The notes: generated from the sequence alone by a model not told the origin. Positions 8,521 to 18,764 are shown, counted from the first letter of the stretch. The stretch: DNA of 64,000 nucleotides from a bacterium (GCA_965209155.1 OZ242383.1:2306051-2370050), one strand, 5' to 3'. Made by a program: numbers and translations.

Positions 8521-10293
8521 ATGTTTAATCAAAGAAGCAGCTCAAAATTGTGCGCAACCCTGCTGGCTCTCATCATGGGAGCAAGCGTCTTCATGGCTGG
8601 CCAGGTCTGGGCAGCCAAGTATGTGACGGACCCCACAAACGGCAAGGTAGTGACCGCTCCGGAATACGGCGGGACATTCACCTATGCCATGAATAACGAA
8701 CCTACCGCAGTTGACGTCTGGTTCCACCACGGGGCGATAAATGTCATCAGTGGTGTTTTAGAGAAGCTAGGCACCGTGAACTGGGGAATAGATAGGGCCG
8801 AATATAACTTCATGGGTAATCTCCAGCCTGAATTTGCCACGACAGGGCAGCTGGCGGAAAGCTGGGAGATGCCCGACGACAGAACCATTGTCGTCAAAGT
8901 CCGCCAAGGCGTTCACTGGCATAATAAGCCCCCAATGTCCGGTCGGGAGCTGACTGCCAAGGATATCGAATACAACTTTCACCGCTTGATGGGTCTGGGC
9001 AAGTTTGCCGAAGCCGGACCTACCAACATTACCCAGGTTCTCAGAACTGTGTCATTCGAATCGATAACAGCCACCGACAAATGGACGGTCGTTTTTAAGC
9101 TGAAGAAGCCACACCTCGGTGCGTTGATGGGTATCCTCGAGGACTGGATTGCTTATATGTACCCCCCCGAGGTATTCGAGCAATACGGCGACGCTCAGGA
9201 TTGGAGGAACCTGGTCGGCACCGGGCCCTTTATGCTGACTGACTGGGTCGAGGGAAGCTCGATGACCTGGACCAAGAATCCTGATTACTGGGGCTACGAC
9301 GAAAAATACCCGCAGAACCGGCTGCCCTATGTTGACCAGATAAGGGCCCTGACTATGCCCGAAAAGGCAACACAACGGGCGGGACTGCGCTCGGGTAAGC
9401 TTGATGCCTTGTTTGGCGGGACTACGATACAGTCTGTCGACGCGGCAGAGGGCCTTGAGCGGTCCAACCCCGAAATCGAGCTGTGGAAGAGGGTCACTGC
9501 TTCGGTCTTTAGTACTGGTCTTAACGTGAATAAGCCGCCCTTTAACGACATCAGGGTGCGCAAGGCAATGCAGATGGCACTGGACCTCGAGACGATTAAC
9601 AATGTCTTCTTTAAGGGTCATGGAGATACGACACCTCACGGGCAGGTAGGAGATGCTGTGCCCGGGTATTTCATCCCATTTGAAGAGTGGCCCGCCGAGC
9701 TCAAGAAAGTCTATGACTATGACCCGGAAGGGGCAGAAGCATTGATTGATGCGGCTGGGTATCCGCGCGGCGCCGACGGCATTAGATTCAAGACCAAGTT
9801 GATGCACAACGTGCACAAGGATTTGAACTTTTACCAATTACTCGTTGCATACTGGAATAAGATTGGCATTGACGTTGAGATTGATTTTCCGCCTATTGCT
9901 ACCTGGGTGGCTAGAAGAACCTCTCGGGATTTCGAAATGATCGAACACGAAATGGCCTATGGGAGTCTGTCTGATCCTTTCAATCCTGTGAACCGCTTTA
10001 CCAACGTTCCGTGGAACAGCGCCGCAGTGGAGGACCCGGTTTATGACGCCATGTTTGAAGCCGCCGGAGCCGCTACCACCATCGAGGAGCAGCAGAGGCT
10101 GGTTAAAGAGCTGGATATGTACGCGATAGAGAGGCACTGGACCGTATGGAGTCCTATGAATCCACTTTTTGACGCCTTCCAGCCGTGGGTCAAAGGTTAC
10201 GACGGTGAATTCATGTTGGGATACATTCATAGACATTTCGTCCTCGCCCGCCTCTGGATTGACCAGGAACTGAAGGACAAGAGCCCGTGGTAG
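8521..10293 (+). CDS. ABC transporter substrate-binding protein, family 5 (peptide/nickel/opine type, DppA/OppA-like).
   Basis: Likely start MFNQRSSSKLCATLLALIMGASVFMAGQVWA (signal peptide) after the RBS. Long SBP_bac_5-like body. Paralog of 59557-61344. The ORF-track start at 8317 lies in the repeat-containing leader. Confidence 0.8.
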   Translation: MFNQRSSSKLCATLLALIMGASVFMAGQVWAAKYVTDPTNGKVVTAPEYGGTFTYAMNNEPTAVDVWFHHGAINVISGVLEKLGTVNWGIDRAEYNFMGNLQPEFATTGQLAESWEMPDDRTIVVKVRQGVHWHNKPPMSGRELTAKDIEYNFHRLMGLGKFAEAGPTNITQVLRTVSFESITATDKWTVVFKLKKPHLGALMGILEDWIAYMYPPEVFEQYGDAQDWRNLVGTGPFMLTDWVEGSSMTWTKNPDYWGYDEKYPQNRLPYVDQIRALTMPEKATQRAGLRSGKLDALFGGTTIQSVDAAEGLERSNPEIELWKRVTASVFSTGLNVNKPPFNDIRVRKAMQMALDLETINNVFFKGHGDTTPHGQVGDAVPGYFIPFEEWPAELKKVYDYDPEGAEALIDAAGYPRGADGIRFKTKLMHNVHKDLNFYQLLVAYWNKIGIDVEIDFPPIATWVARRTSRDFEMIEHEMAYGSLSDPFNPVNRFTNVPWNSAAVEDPVYDAMFEAAGAATTIEEQQRLVKELDMYAIERHWTVWSPMNPLFDAFQPWVKGYDGEFMLGYIHRHFVLARLWIDQELKDKSPW

Positions 10294-10314
10294 GCCGACT
10301 GGAAGTACTGATGG

Positions 10315-10334
10315 ACCGGGCAGTACTGCCCGGT
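10315..10334 (+). promoter_or_regulatory. Intercistronic GC hairpin ACCGGGCAGT/ACTGCCCGGT between the SBP and permease genes (mRNA stabiliser or attenuator candidate).
   Basis: Perfect 8-bp palindrome with no U-tract. Confidence 0.3.
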
Positions 10335-10391
10335 TCACTCTAGGATACCCCGCGTTTCCCTGCCAATTTCAAAAATGATGAGGTCCGTCCC

Positions 10392-11399
10392 ATGAGAGCC
10401 TATCTCATCAGGCGCTTATTGCTGATAATCCCCACCTTGTTTATATTGACCATCCTGGTCTTTCTCTCGGTGCGCTTCATCCCGGGCGATGTCATAGACG
10501 TAATGATGAGTAGGATGGAAGTGTACTTTAACTGGGACGAATTTGACCGTGAAGTTCTTGAGCAGAGGCTGGGATTAGACGTGCCCGTCCCCGTGCAGTA
10601 TGGACGCTGGATAGGAGTGTTGCCGACCCCTGACTGGGTTACCGGTGAGTCCCGCTACAACGGTCTCCTCCAGGGCACCCTTGGCCAGTCACTGCTTCGC
10701 GGCCAGGAGGCGATAGAGGACAGGATATTCGGTAGATTGCCGGTAACCATTGAGCTTGGCGTCATGGCAATCGTAATCGGGCTCGTGATAGCGCTGCCAG
10801 TCGGCATCTACTCGGCGATTCGGCAGGATACCGCCGCCGACTACGCTGGGCGCTCCATCGCCGTCATCGGCCTGGCAACGCCTAACTTCTGGCTGGGCAT
10901 TATGGTCATGATCTTCCCGGCACTCTGGTGGGGCTGGTCGCCACCGATGGAGCTGGTTTCTTTCACGGAAGACCCGCTGGGGAATCTCGGCGTGTTCCTC
11001 ATTCCCAGTCTGATTCTGGGGACGGCCATGGCTGCAGCCACCATGCGGATGACGCGCACCATGATGCTGGAGGTGCTCAGGCAAGACTATATCAGGACCG
11101 CCTGGTCAAAGGGACTCAAGGAGAAGGTCGTGGTGATCAGACACGCCCTCAAGAATGCCCTCATCCCGGTGGTGACCCTGATCGGCTTGCAGTTGCCGAT
11201 CCTGGTCGGCGGCGCCGTGATCATGGAGAACATCTTCAACCTGCCGGGGCTCGGGCGTCTCTTGCTGAATTCCCTCAATGACAGAGACTACCCGATGGTT
11301 TCCGGAATAAACCTGGTTTTCGCCACTGGCGTGGTGGGGATCAATCTATTTATCGACCTGTTCTATGCCTTCTTGGACCCAAGGGTGCGGTATGATTGA
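10392..11399 (+). CDS. ABC transporter permease (DppB/OppB-like, BPD_transp_1).
   Basis: N-terminal MRAYLIRRLLLIIPTLFILTILVFL. Multiple TM segments. EAA-like region ...RTAWSKGLKEKVVVIRHALKNALIPVVT. Confidence 0.85.
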   Translation: MRAYLIRRLLLIIPTLFILTILVFLSVRFIPGDVIDVMMSRMEVYFNWDEFDREVLEQRLGLDVPVPVQYGRWIGVLPTPDWVTGESRYNGLLQGTLGQSLLRGQEAIEDRIFGRLPVTIELGVMAIVIGLVIALPVGIYSAIRQDTAADYAGRSIAVIGLATPNFWLGIMVMIFPALWWGWSPPMELVSFTEDPLGNLGVFLIPSLILGTAMAAATMRMTRTMMLEVLRQDYIRTAWSKGLKEKVVVIRHALKNALIPVVTLIGLQLPILVGGAVIMENIFNLPGLGRLLLNSLNDRDYPMVSGINLVFATGVVGINLFIDLFYAFLDPRVRYD

Positions 11400-11465
11400 A
11401 TCAAAGCGACGGGGCCGGCTGGCGGATTTCCTGTTCAGGCTGCTTAAGGAGAAGCCCCTATTGAA
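11392..11465 (+). pseudogene. About 25-codon N-terminal stub resembling a DppC/OppC permease start (MIESKRRGRLADFLFRLLKEKPL), overlapping the dppB stop; the rest of the gene is missing.
   Basis: Typical position (4-bp overlap with the upstream permease) and typical N-terminal pattern. No TM region follows. Confidence 0.35.
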
Positions 11466-11783
11466 AAAATACTCGCTTGCTGATGGGAAGTCATGGCAAA
11501 AATTCCTCCAAAGACCCAGTTTGTTTGTCTTTGCTAAACTTGAGTATAAAGGTGCGCTGGTGGCATCGAAGGGTCACATGAGAGAGCCAGGCGTCAGAAA
11601 ATTACGTTAGGATCTATCAGGCAGAGCGCCCGATGCTTTTCTTCAAGGCAACGCCACAACGATGTATCGGCCCCTTCGAACAAACCTGTGATTGGTGCAA
11701 ATGAATTATAAATTTAGCAAAATTCTTGAATCGAAGCGGCTGTGGTGGGAATCTGTTGCATCGACTTGTTCGAGGCTTTTTCT

Positions 11784-12083
11784 TTAACTTGCCTTTGCTT
11801 CAAAATCTTCTGAATAAATTGAAGGAATATCTGAAATAACCAAATCCTCTCTTCCTACGCTCCTCAAGAGTCCTGAAATGGATAAATCTTCGTCTAATAT
11901 AGGCCAATGCACTCCAATTCCATCGCTATCTATTTCAAAAATTTTCAAATGCTCTTCTTTCGCTTTTTGCAATAATATTGATCCGGAATTTTCAAGAGGG
12001 ACCCTAATATTTTCTCCTTTTGTCATAAAAGAAATTTCTTCTGGAGTTACCATGAAATCCTGAATGTCATATATTTTATTCAT
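11784..12083 (-). CDS. DUF2442-family small protein.
   Basis: 99 aa. ...VHWPILDEDLSISGLL is a typical DUF2442 signature. 4-bp overlap with the upstream DUF4160 gene. Confidence 0.55.
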   Translation of the reverse strand: MNKIYDIQDFMVTPEEISFMTKGENIRVPLENSGSILLQKAKEEHLKIFEIDSDGIGVHWPILDEDLSISGLLRSVGREDLVISDIPSIYSEDFEAKAS

Positions 12084-12340
12084 TTATCCTCTTTCCGTTT
12101 TTCAAATTCATTCCATGCCTCAATGATCATATCAAAGTGATCAAAGATAATTTTTCGTACTTCACGAATCTCGGATGGAGTCATACGTCGAGTATAAGCG
12201 GGTTTGATGTCATATTCATCAATTAATATCCAAAATTTACAGTTTGCGCTACCTTTTTTCCCATGAATATGAATAGGTTCGTTTCCTTCATTGGCAAAGA
12301 AGAAAATTCGCCATCCCTTAATGCTGAATATTGTTGGCAT
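12080..12340 (-). CDS. DUF4160-family small protein.
   Basis: MPTIFSIKGWRIFFFANEGNEPIHIHGKKG matches the MPTI...HFH start of DUF4160 proteins, which are usually paired with DUF2442. Confidence 0.6.
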   Translation of the reverse strand: MPTIFSIKGWRIFFFANEGNEPIHIHGKKGSANCKFWILIDEYDIKPAYTRRMTPSEIREVRKIIFDHFDMIIEAWNEFEKRKEDK

Positions 12341-12572
12341 ATGCTTTGTCTTAATTCATAAATAATCTAACTGTATGATGTCGGTTTTTCACCTCGAACG
12401 TTTAGCTCACCCGCGCCCACCCGATAATGACCATTGGAATAGAGATGAACTGACAGTCTGCCACAAAACTTGGTGAAAAGCTCAAGGGTGGGCGCAAGTG
12501 AACCGCCAGGTTGGCACTTTTTTCTTGAATTTTTACATGCGTGGCTGTCATGAGAAATGGAGGGAAAAGAGC

Positions 12573-13466
12573 TTATACATCCGGATCAATTCCTGCTTTT
12601 TTGAGTAACTCTCGTAAACGATTCCGGTCATTTTGTACTTCTTCTTTGAGCTTCCGTTCCTCTTCCTCCCTCCGCAGAGCCTCTTGTTTATCTCGTAGAG
12701 CCTCTTCTTTGTCTTGTAGGGCTTCTTCTAAAAGTTGTTGCCTCGTTTGTTCTTCACGGATGGCATTTTGACGGTCTTGGTATAAGTGATAATCAGCTTC
12801 TTTTTCTGAAAATCTCTCCAGGACTGCCATGGCTTGCCTCATTTCAGGGGTGTTGATGATTTCAGGTAATTCCTCCCAATGCTCAGCTTCTTTAAAAAAA
12901 TATAACAATTGATCTTCTGTTTTCAAGGTCTCGGAATACCGCCATTTTTCCAATTCCAAAACATGGACTGAGCAATGCTCCGATAATCGTTTTTGGTTCT
13001 CTTGATCCACCAGTTGGGAGTGATGATGAAATGCCGGACTCTCGGGAATCAGGTTTTCAGTCAACATCCAAATGGAGATCACCGGACGTAATTCTGAGAA
13101 TGGCTCCCCGCTTTGTAACTGGGACTGATAGATATCACTCCACGTATAGAGCATCCTCTCCGGCAAATAGGAAAAAACCGCCAATTGAATTTCTATCTGA
13201 TAGGCCGTCCCTTTTTCATCTTTGGCTTTCACATCGACAATCGTCAACTTGTCCGAATAAAACTCGCGTTCATTGTAGGGGTTGAGGATTTCGACATCCG
13301 AGATGGGAAACTGGGGTGCCAGGACACCGTTGAGGAAATCAATCAGTAAGTTCTCATTTTCCTCTGCCCCCGAAATGGCCTTGTAGACACAATCGACTGT
13401 CGGAGAAATGCGATGTTTCACCAGGATACTCCTCAAAGAAGGGGACAAGAAAGCCATTATTTTCAA
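12573..13466 (-). CDS. Rpn-family (YhgA-like, PD-(D/E)XK) recombination-promoting nuclease/putative transposase.
   Basis: DKLTIVDVKAKDEKGTAYQIEIQLAVFSYLPERMLYTWSDIY core. Charged coiled C-terminal tail (EEALQDKEEALRDKQEALRREEEERK). Confidence 0.6.
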   Translation of the reverse strand: MKIMAFLSPSLRSILVKHRISPTVDCVYKAISGAEENENLLIDFLNGVLAPQFPISDVEILNPYNEREFYSDKLTIVDVKAKDEKGTAYQIEIQLAVFSYLPERMLYTWSDIYQSQLQSGEPFSELRPVISIWMLTENLIPESPAFHHHSQLVDQENQKRLSEHCSVHVLELEKWRYSETLKTEDQLLYFFKEAEHWEELPEIINTPEMRQAMAVLERFSEKEADYHLYQDRQNAIREEQTRQQLLEEALQDKEEALRDKQEALRREEEERKLKEEVQNDRNRLRELLKKAGIDPDV

Positions 13467-13673
13467 TCAGTATATCAAAGCATTTGGGCACCAGCGAGAC
13501 TTATTTGTTGTCCCTATGTCTCAAAGTCATTTTCTTGATTTTGTATGGAATCGTCGATTTTTAGTAAATTTGTCTATTCTGTTGAGATTTTTCTTCGGTG
13601 TCAACGCAGAGTTTTCCCCGTTATCTCAGCGGAGCATCGAAACGCGTGCCGAGTGGGCATCAGCCCTTGAAAT

Positions 13674-14161
13674 AAACAATTAAAGGAAAGGCTAAAGCCA
13701 GTGCGAACTGGGCGCGCTTGATTCACAAAATTTTCGAAGTCGACCCTCTATTATGCCCAAATTGCGGGAAGGAAATGAAGATCATTGCCTTCATTACCAA
13801 TTACCAGGAAATCAAAAAAATATTAAAGCATCTTGGTGAGGATACACAAAGAGCACCACCCCTACCATCTATAAGCCCATCCAATGATCCCAATGACTAT
13901 TACGAGGATTACATGCCTCCTGACGAGATCTATTTTGCTATTGAACAATGGGTATCTTGAGAATTCTAAAACCCAGGGATTGCTTTGTCTAAAATCCGTC
14001 CTTTCAAACCAGGACAGAGAAAAAGCACTGAAACATTGAACAGAACACACAACCACCCACGAAACCTACCAAAAAATCAAAAAAAGACCCCCTAAAATTT
14101 GCCTTTACACACCTATTCCCAGGTGCTATCGTTTTATGTAATTTTTGATTTTCATATGTGG
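13674..14161 (+). mobile_element. Partial IS91 copy: the last 287 bp of tnpA plus the right (ori-side) end, about 99% identical to 6638-7126. Preceded at 13644-13673 by the 30-bp motif that follows the full copy.
   Basis: ORF 13718-13960 equals the last 80 aa of the 5615-6925 protein. Identity ends at 7126/14161. Confidence 0.85.
13718..13960 (+). pseudogene. C-terminal 80-aa fragment of the IS91 transposase.
   Basis: Identical to the C-terminus of ORF 5615-6925. Confidence 0.85.
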
Positions 14162-14279
14162 ACGCCGAACTCCGGGCGTGGGATGACATTGTGGGCCCAG
14201 GCTTAAGGCTGGTTGCGTGACACGCGAAAGACATGCCCACAAACAGACCACACAGTAGTGGTGCGGCTTTAGTCTGGGA

Positions 14280-16348
14280 GTAACTATTCAGGTCTCTGAA
14301 AACCCGTTTAGTCAAATAACGTTGAAAAAAATTTCCGGAGAGGACTGATCGTTTTCAAGTCCTCCCACGATATTGTTCCATCGATCGGAAACCCTCTTCT
14401 TTCACTAAAACAACTTAGTGATGGTATGATTATAGCACTACTACTACTTGCATAATGTCAACCCCCAAATTAAAAAAAATGCAGGATTCGTAAAAAAAAA
14501 TTAAAAATCTATCAATCAGGGAGATCCGCTTCTTTATGATCATGAGCCAAAAAGCGAAGGTTCACTCCACAATTCCGTGTTTTTTCCAATGGCGATAATG
14601 ATCGTAAACGCTTTGCCAGGGAGGTAAATCATGGAGGAGCATACTCCACTGACAACTCGTTTTCACGATCTACAAAATCGCATTGACGATGCTATGTTTG
14701 CCAGGAATACGTTTTGCCCGCAAGGGGCGAAACGTTTAAAAAAAGGGGAGTTTCAGTAACAAGGAGGCGCAGGTAAAAGCTTGTCCCGGACTGGATCCGG
14801 GAGAGACAAAGCCTGTGTGAGCATCTCGAAGATGGATTTTCCCTGTTTTCTGGTAGTGGAAATAGCTCCTCGGATGGTACAAAAAGCCTGTGATCCTTCA
14901 GCCGTTCGGAAGCCGCCTGAGATTTTCTGTTTCAATTTAACCATGCGAATATCTCGCTCGGCTTGGTTGTTGTCAAAAGGAACCCGGAAGTCATCCATGA
15001 ATAACAAGCTTTCCTTTTCATAGAGGATCAAGCGATCGAGTAAATTTTTGGCTTTGCTCTGTTTGGGGCGTCCTCGTTTCTTTGTTTGAGGAGGGGGAGG
15101 ATAGAGCTTAAGGGCTTCTTGGGTGATATCCCGATAGCGTTGCCGGAAGTGATCCAGTTGGATTGGACTCAAAGCAGATTGTTCTTTGAACTTGGCTTGG
15201 TCTACTTGCTCTTTGATCTCTACCAGTAAGTCGCTCATCTCCTGAGCCCAGAAGGCCTTTTCTTGTTCACAGGCCCGAGTGAGTTCACGTAAATGATGCG
15301 CATTGCAAAAGCCATGATCACACTCATAATGCTGGTAGCTCTCCCAGTGATCATGAATGGCTGTCTTTTCAAACCGAGGCAGGATACCGGCAGCATCCAT
15401 TCCGGCTCGACCCCGTTTGTCGTGGATAAAATAAAAGGTCAACTCTTCGGTAGAGGCTGAATGAAGCCAACGACGTTGTTTGTTTTCAAAGAGGGAGGTT
15501 TCATCAAAATGAACCACCTCCGCTTGAATCAGAGCTTCAGCCACTTGTTGTTGCAAGGGATTAAGCCTCTGGGCGGCTTGCTGGAGGCTAGCATAAATCG
15601 TGGCCGCATTGAGCGGATGGCCGAACAGATCCTCAAAGAATTGCTGGCATCGATCAAAGGGCAGAAACTGATATTGATTGAGATAAACCGCTAAGCCTTT
15701 GATCCGGGGACCATATTGAGTGGGTCCCTCAATCCCTGCTGGAAAGCTCGAGCGATTCAGATGCCGGCAGCAGGGACAAATTTTTTGTTCCACCTGATGC
15801 TCGGTGACCTCTAATTGGAGCGGGGGAAGATCAAACACTTGGCGTTTATGCCGGGCCTCAACCATCACCTGGGATAAATCTTCTCCACAGGCTTCACAGG
15901 TGCTGACAAAATGAGGCTCCACATGATCTGGTGATTCACTGAAAGGCAAATGATGGCCTTTATGACCGGGTTGACCTCCGCGAGAGCGACCCCTGCTTTT
16001 ACGCAAACTTTTGTTCTTTCGACTTGGATCGCTGGAAGGAGGCTTACTTGAGTTTTGGCTGTTGAGAGCCAGCTGATCCCGAAGTTGCTTATTTTCTGCT
16101 TCGAGCGCTTCAATACGCTTATTTTCTATTTCGAGACGTTCGAGGAGTTTTAATCGCTCTTTCTTCCATTGCTCCCGTTCTTTTTCAAAGAGTTGACAGG
16201 CTTCTTGAAGAGCCTCAAGGGGGGCTGTCGATGAAATGGAATGAATATACTTATGAACTTTCGAGAGCATAATGTCCTTTCTGGACTTTATGCCATGCAA
16301 AATCTGTGCTTAAATCAATGGGGGATCTAAAGAATCCTAAATAGTTAC
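14280..16348 (-). mobile_element. Intact IS66-family element (2069 bp) with terminal inverted repeats GTAACTATT(C/T)AGG... and an 8-bp target-site duplication GTCTGGGA (14272-14279 and 16349-16356).
   Basis: The inverted repeats start with GTAA, as in the IS66 family. The TSD was read on both flanks. The element carries tnpC plus a ~470-bp non-coding tail (14293-14752). Confidence 0.8.
14753..16300 (-). CDS. tnpC: IS66-family transposase (TnpC/Orf3-type, single-ORF ISBst12-like organisation).
   Basis: 515 aa. N-terminal coiled coil (RLEIENKRIEALEAENKQLRDQLAL). Zn-finger CEACGEDL...CPCCRH. DDE region DETSLFENKQRRWLH...HDHWESYQ. Confidence 0.85.
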   Translation of the reverse strand: MHGIKSRKDIMLSKVHKYIHSISSTAPLEALQEACQLFEKEREQWKKERLKLLERLEIENKRIEALEAENKQLRDQLALNSQNSSKPPSSDPSRKNKSLRKSRGRSRGGQPGHKGHHLPFSESPDHVEPHFVSTCEACGEDLSQVMVEARHKRQVFDLPPLQLEVTEHQVEQKICPCCRHLNRSSFPAGIEGPTQYGPRIKGLAVYLNQYQFLPFDRCQQFFEDLFGHPLNAATIYASLQQAAQRLNPLQQQVAEALIQAEVVHFDETSLFENKQRRWLHSASTEELTFYFIHDKRGRAGMDAAGILPRFEKTAIHDHWESYQHYECDHGFCNAHHLRELTRACEQEKAFWAQEMSDLLVEIKEQVDQAKFKEQSALSPIQLDHFRQRYRDITQEALKLYPPPPQTKKRGRPKQSKAKNLLDRLILYEKESLLFMDDFRVPFDNNQAERDIRMVKLKQKISGGFRTAEGSQAFCTIRGAISTTRKQGKSIFEMLTQALSLPDPVRDKLLPAPPCY

Positions 16349-16387
16349 GTCTGGGATTAAAAGAGGCAATGAACATGGAGGAAAAGA

Positions 16388-17260
16388 ATGAGCACAGATG
16401 GAAACACTATAACCGACAATATCGACCTCACCGGACAGGTGGCACTGATCACAGGCGCAGGCAGAGGCATCGGCCGGACTACCGCTCAGTTTCTTGCCGA
16501 GGCTGGGGCTTCGGTCACAGTCACTGCGCGCTCCGAAGACCAGTTGCGGGAAACGGTAGATTCCATTGAATCTCAGGGCGGTACAGCCATCGCCGTTCCC
16601 GGCGACGTGACAAACCGTCAGGACGTGCGAAATGTTGTAGCTGTCACGGCAGAGAAACTTGGCCCAATAGATCTGCTCGTGAATAACGCTGGATCAGGGT
16701 TAGTATCTGGCCCGTTATGGGAAACGGATGAGGAGGATTGGTGGCATTCTGTGGAAGTCAACTTACAAGGTCCTTTTCTATTCACGAGAGCTGTCCTACC
16801 CAGCATGGTTTCTCGTGGCACTGGTCGAATCGTCAATGTGTCCAGCGGAGCTGGCTTGCAGCCTCAAGCCAACCACTCCGCCTATGTCATCGCTAAGACT
16901 GGTTTGATACGCCTGACGGAGAACCTGGCGATTGAGGTCGAAAAACACGGCGTCAAGGCATTCACTGTCCATCCAGGTACTGTGCGTACAGCCATGGCGC
17001 ATGCTGTATTGGATTCAGACCAGCAGAAAGAGTGGCTACCCTGGTTTTCCCCAATCTTTGAGAATGGACACGATTACGCGCCAGAGGATGCCGCTCATCT
17101 CATTAGACTATTGGCGTCGGGCAAAGCTGATGAATTCTCAGGACGTTACTTCAGTGTCGAAGGCGACGGTGTCCCGTATGATGATTTAGAAGAAATGCGT
17201 AAGCAGACCGAACGCATCAAAGAGGACAGACTGTACTTTCTGAGATTGCGCAGGGGCTAA
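16388..17260 (+). CDS. SDR-family oxidoreductase.
   Basis: LTGQVALITGAGRGIGRTTA, NNAG, and YVIAKTG (YxxxK). Confidence 0.8.
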   Translation: MSTDGNTITDNIDLTGQVALITGAGRGIGRTTAQFLAEAGASVTVTARSEDQLRETVDSIESQGGTAIAVPGDVTNRQDVRNVVAVTAEKLGPIDLLVNNAGSGLVSGPLWETDEEDWWHSVEVNLQGPFLFTRAVLPSMVSRGTGRIVNVSSGAGLQPQANHSAYVIAKTGLIRLTENLAIEVEKHGVKAFTVHPGTVRTAMAHAVLDSDQQKEWLPWFSPIFENGHDYAPEDAAHLIRLLASGKADEFSGRYFSVEGDGVPYDDLEEMRKQTERIKEDRLYFLRLRRG

Positions 17261-17296
17261 GCCCGAAATCCGATATCGACCTTAGGAACAAAAGGC

Positions 17297-18476
17297 GATG
17301 ATTTTCATCTCCTTACCGCATTTGGGGCATGTCAGGGGATTATCGTCGAAGATTTTATGGATTAACCGTGCCCAGGTGGAATTTGCTTTGGCGGTACCTT
17401 TTAGCTCTTCTGTCTCAATTTTTTGCTCCCCTGTCTTTGCTTTTTCTTTGTTTTCCTTCCCTCGATAAGAACTGCTGTAAACTCCATCGTAAAAAAGTCA
17501 CTGTTTCGTATGGTGAGGGAATATACCCGGCTACCAGAGCCATAAATTCAAGAACCGAATAAGTGGCCTTTTTTCCTGAGGATGATCGCTTTTGTTTCTC
17601 ATAGACAATGACGGGGTTATCCTCCGAATTGAACTCCACTCTCTCGACTGAGATAGCCGCTCTGCTGATATACCTGGCGATTTTTTCCACGGCCTCTCCA
17701 TTTGATCCATCTATCCTATGTTTACTGTGGACATTCAAACCAGAGTTATAATTCCAAGACAAAAGCAAATCTATCAGTTCCTGAGTGATTACTTCCTGTT
17801 CAAGTAAGACAGACAGCAATCTGGCTCTGAATAGTTTCGCTATCACCTCGCTGGAAATCCTGACCGGCTGGTAGAACTTACCAGCTTTGAGTATGCCTGA
17901 GAGGACCAGTGCATGAATATGAGGGTGAAAGTTTAGGAGAGAACCGTGGGATTGGATACAAAAGATTCCTCCAGTATACCCACCTTCTATCCCCAAAGCC
18001 TCATGAAAATAGTGTTCGATGGCGTAATTGGCGCTTTGTATCAGCAATTTCAGTAATTTTCTGTTTCTGCGGAAATAGCCTCTTAAGATTTTAGGGATTG
18101 TGAAGGTGATATGACGATGAGGAAGCGGTTTGACGATTTCTCTGACCTTCTCGCCAAAGAGGATTGACCTTTTTGTAGAGCAACTGGGACAAACCAATCT
18201 TTCTTTACAGGAAAAGGCCACAAAAATGTCCTCGCCGCATTCACACCTGACCCTGGCCACGCCATTCTCAGGAATGCCGCACTCCAGGTAAGCGTAAATC
18301 CCCCGCGTGACTTCTTTCCTAAGATATGGGTAAAATTGCACATTTAGGGTAAAATCCCCATAGGAAAATTCGTGGTACTTCCTTTCACACAAAAAGACGG
18401 GATTGCCCCTTGCTTGACCCAAAAATATCGAATAGGGCTTATTTGAGAGGGCTCTCCTCCCTAAAACTCCACTCAT
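17297..18476 (-). pseudogene. Second, diverged IS91-family transposase gene, frameshifted near its 3' end. The C-terminal Zn-finger WARLIHKIFDDNPLTCPKCGKEMKIIAF is encoded in another frame at 17297-17400.
   Basis: ORF 17415-18476 carries the HUH motif NFHPHIHALV and ARYISRAAISVERVEF. Its N-terminus differs from copy 1 because of the inverted-repeat element at 18303-18632. Confidence 0.7.
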
Positions 18477-18632
18477 TTTGATTCAAATTTCAAACAACTG
18501 CAAACATTCGGTTTCGGTTTCCAGAATTTCGTGTCACAATGTTGGGCAAAAACGGGAGAGTAAAAATTCGCTCTCTCCCTGATGAACACAGGGTTTTGAT
18601 CAAAATCCTATGGGGATTTTACCCTAAATGTG
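18303..18632. repeat. Perfect 33-bp inverted repeat AAATTGCACATTTAGGGTAAAATCCCCATAGGA / TCCTATGGGGATTTTACCCTAAATGTGCAATTT flanking 264 bp. MITE-like element or IS end structure overlapping the 5' end of the IS91-type gene.
   Basis: Direct reading at 18303-18335 and 18600-18632. Confidence 0.7.
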
Positions 18633-18764
18633 CAATTTTACCCAAGAAAGCGAGCTAAAAACTTTCCTGTAAACCTGTAAACCTGTATTTATATATTTAC
18701 AAGCTGGTAGAGACCTGTTATAACTCTTGGAAACCGAGGATCAAATAAAACCAAACAGGGATGT

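Noticed and set aside
9052-9837. 261-aa minus-strand ORF.
   Set aside because: Antisense inside the SBP gene; GC-rich shadow ORF.
12541-12771. 76-aa Ser/Arg-rich plus-strand ORF.
   Set aside because: Antisense to the charged coiled-coil tail of the Rpn nuclease gene.
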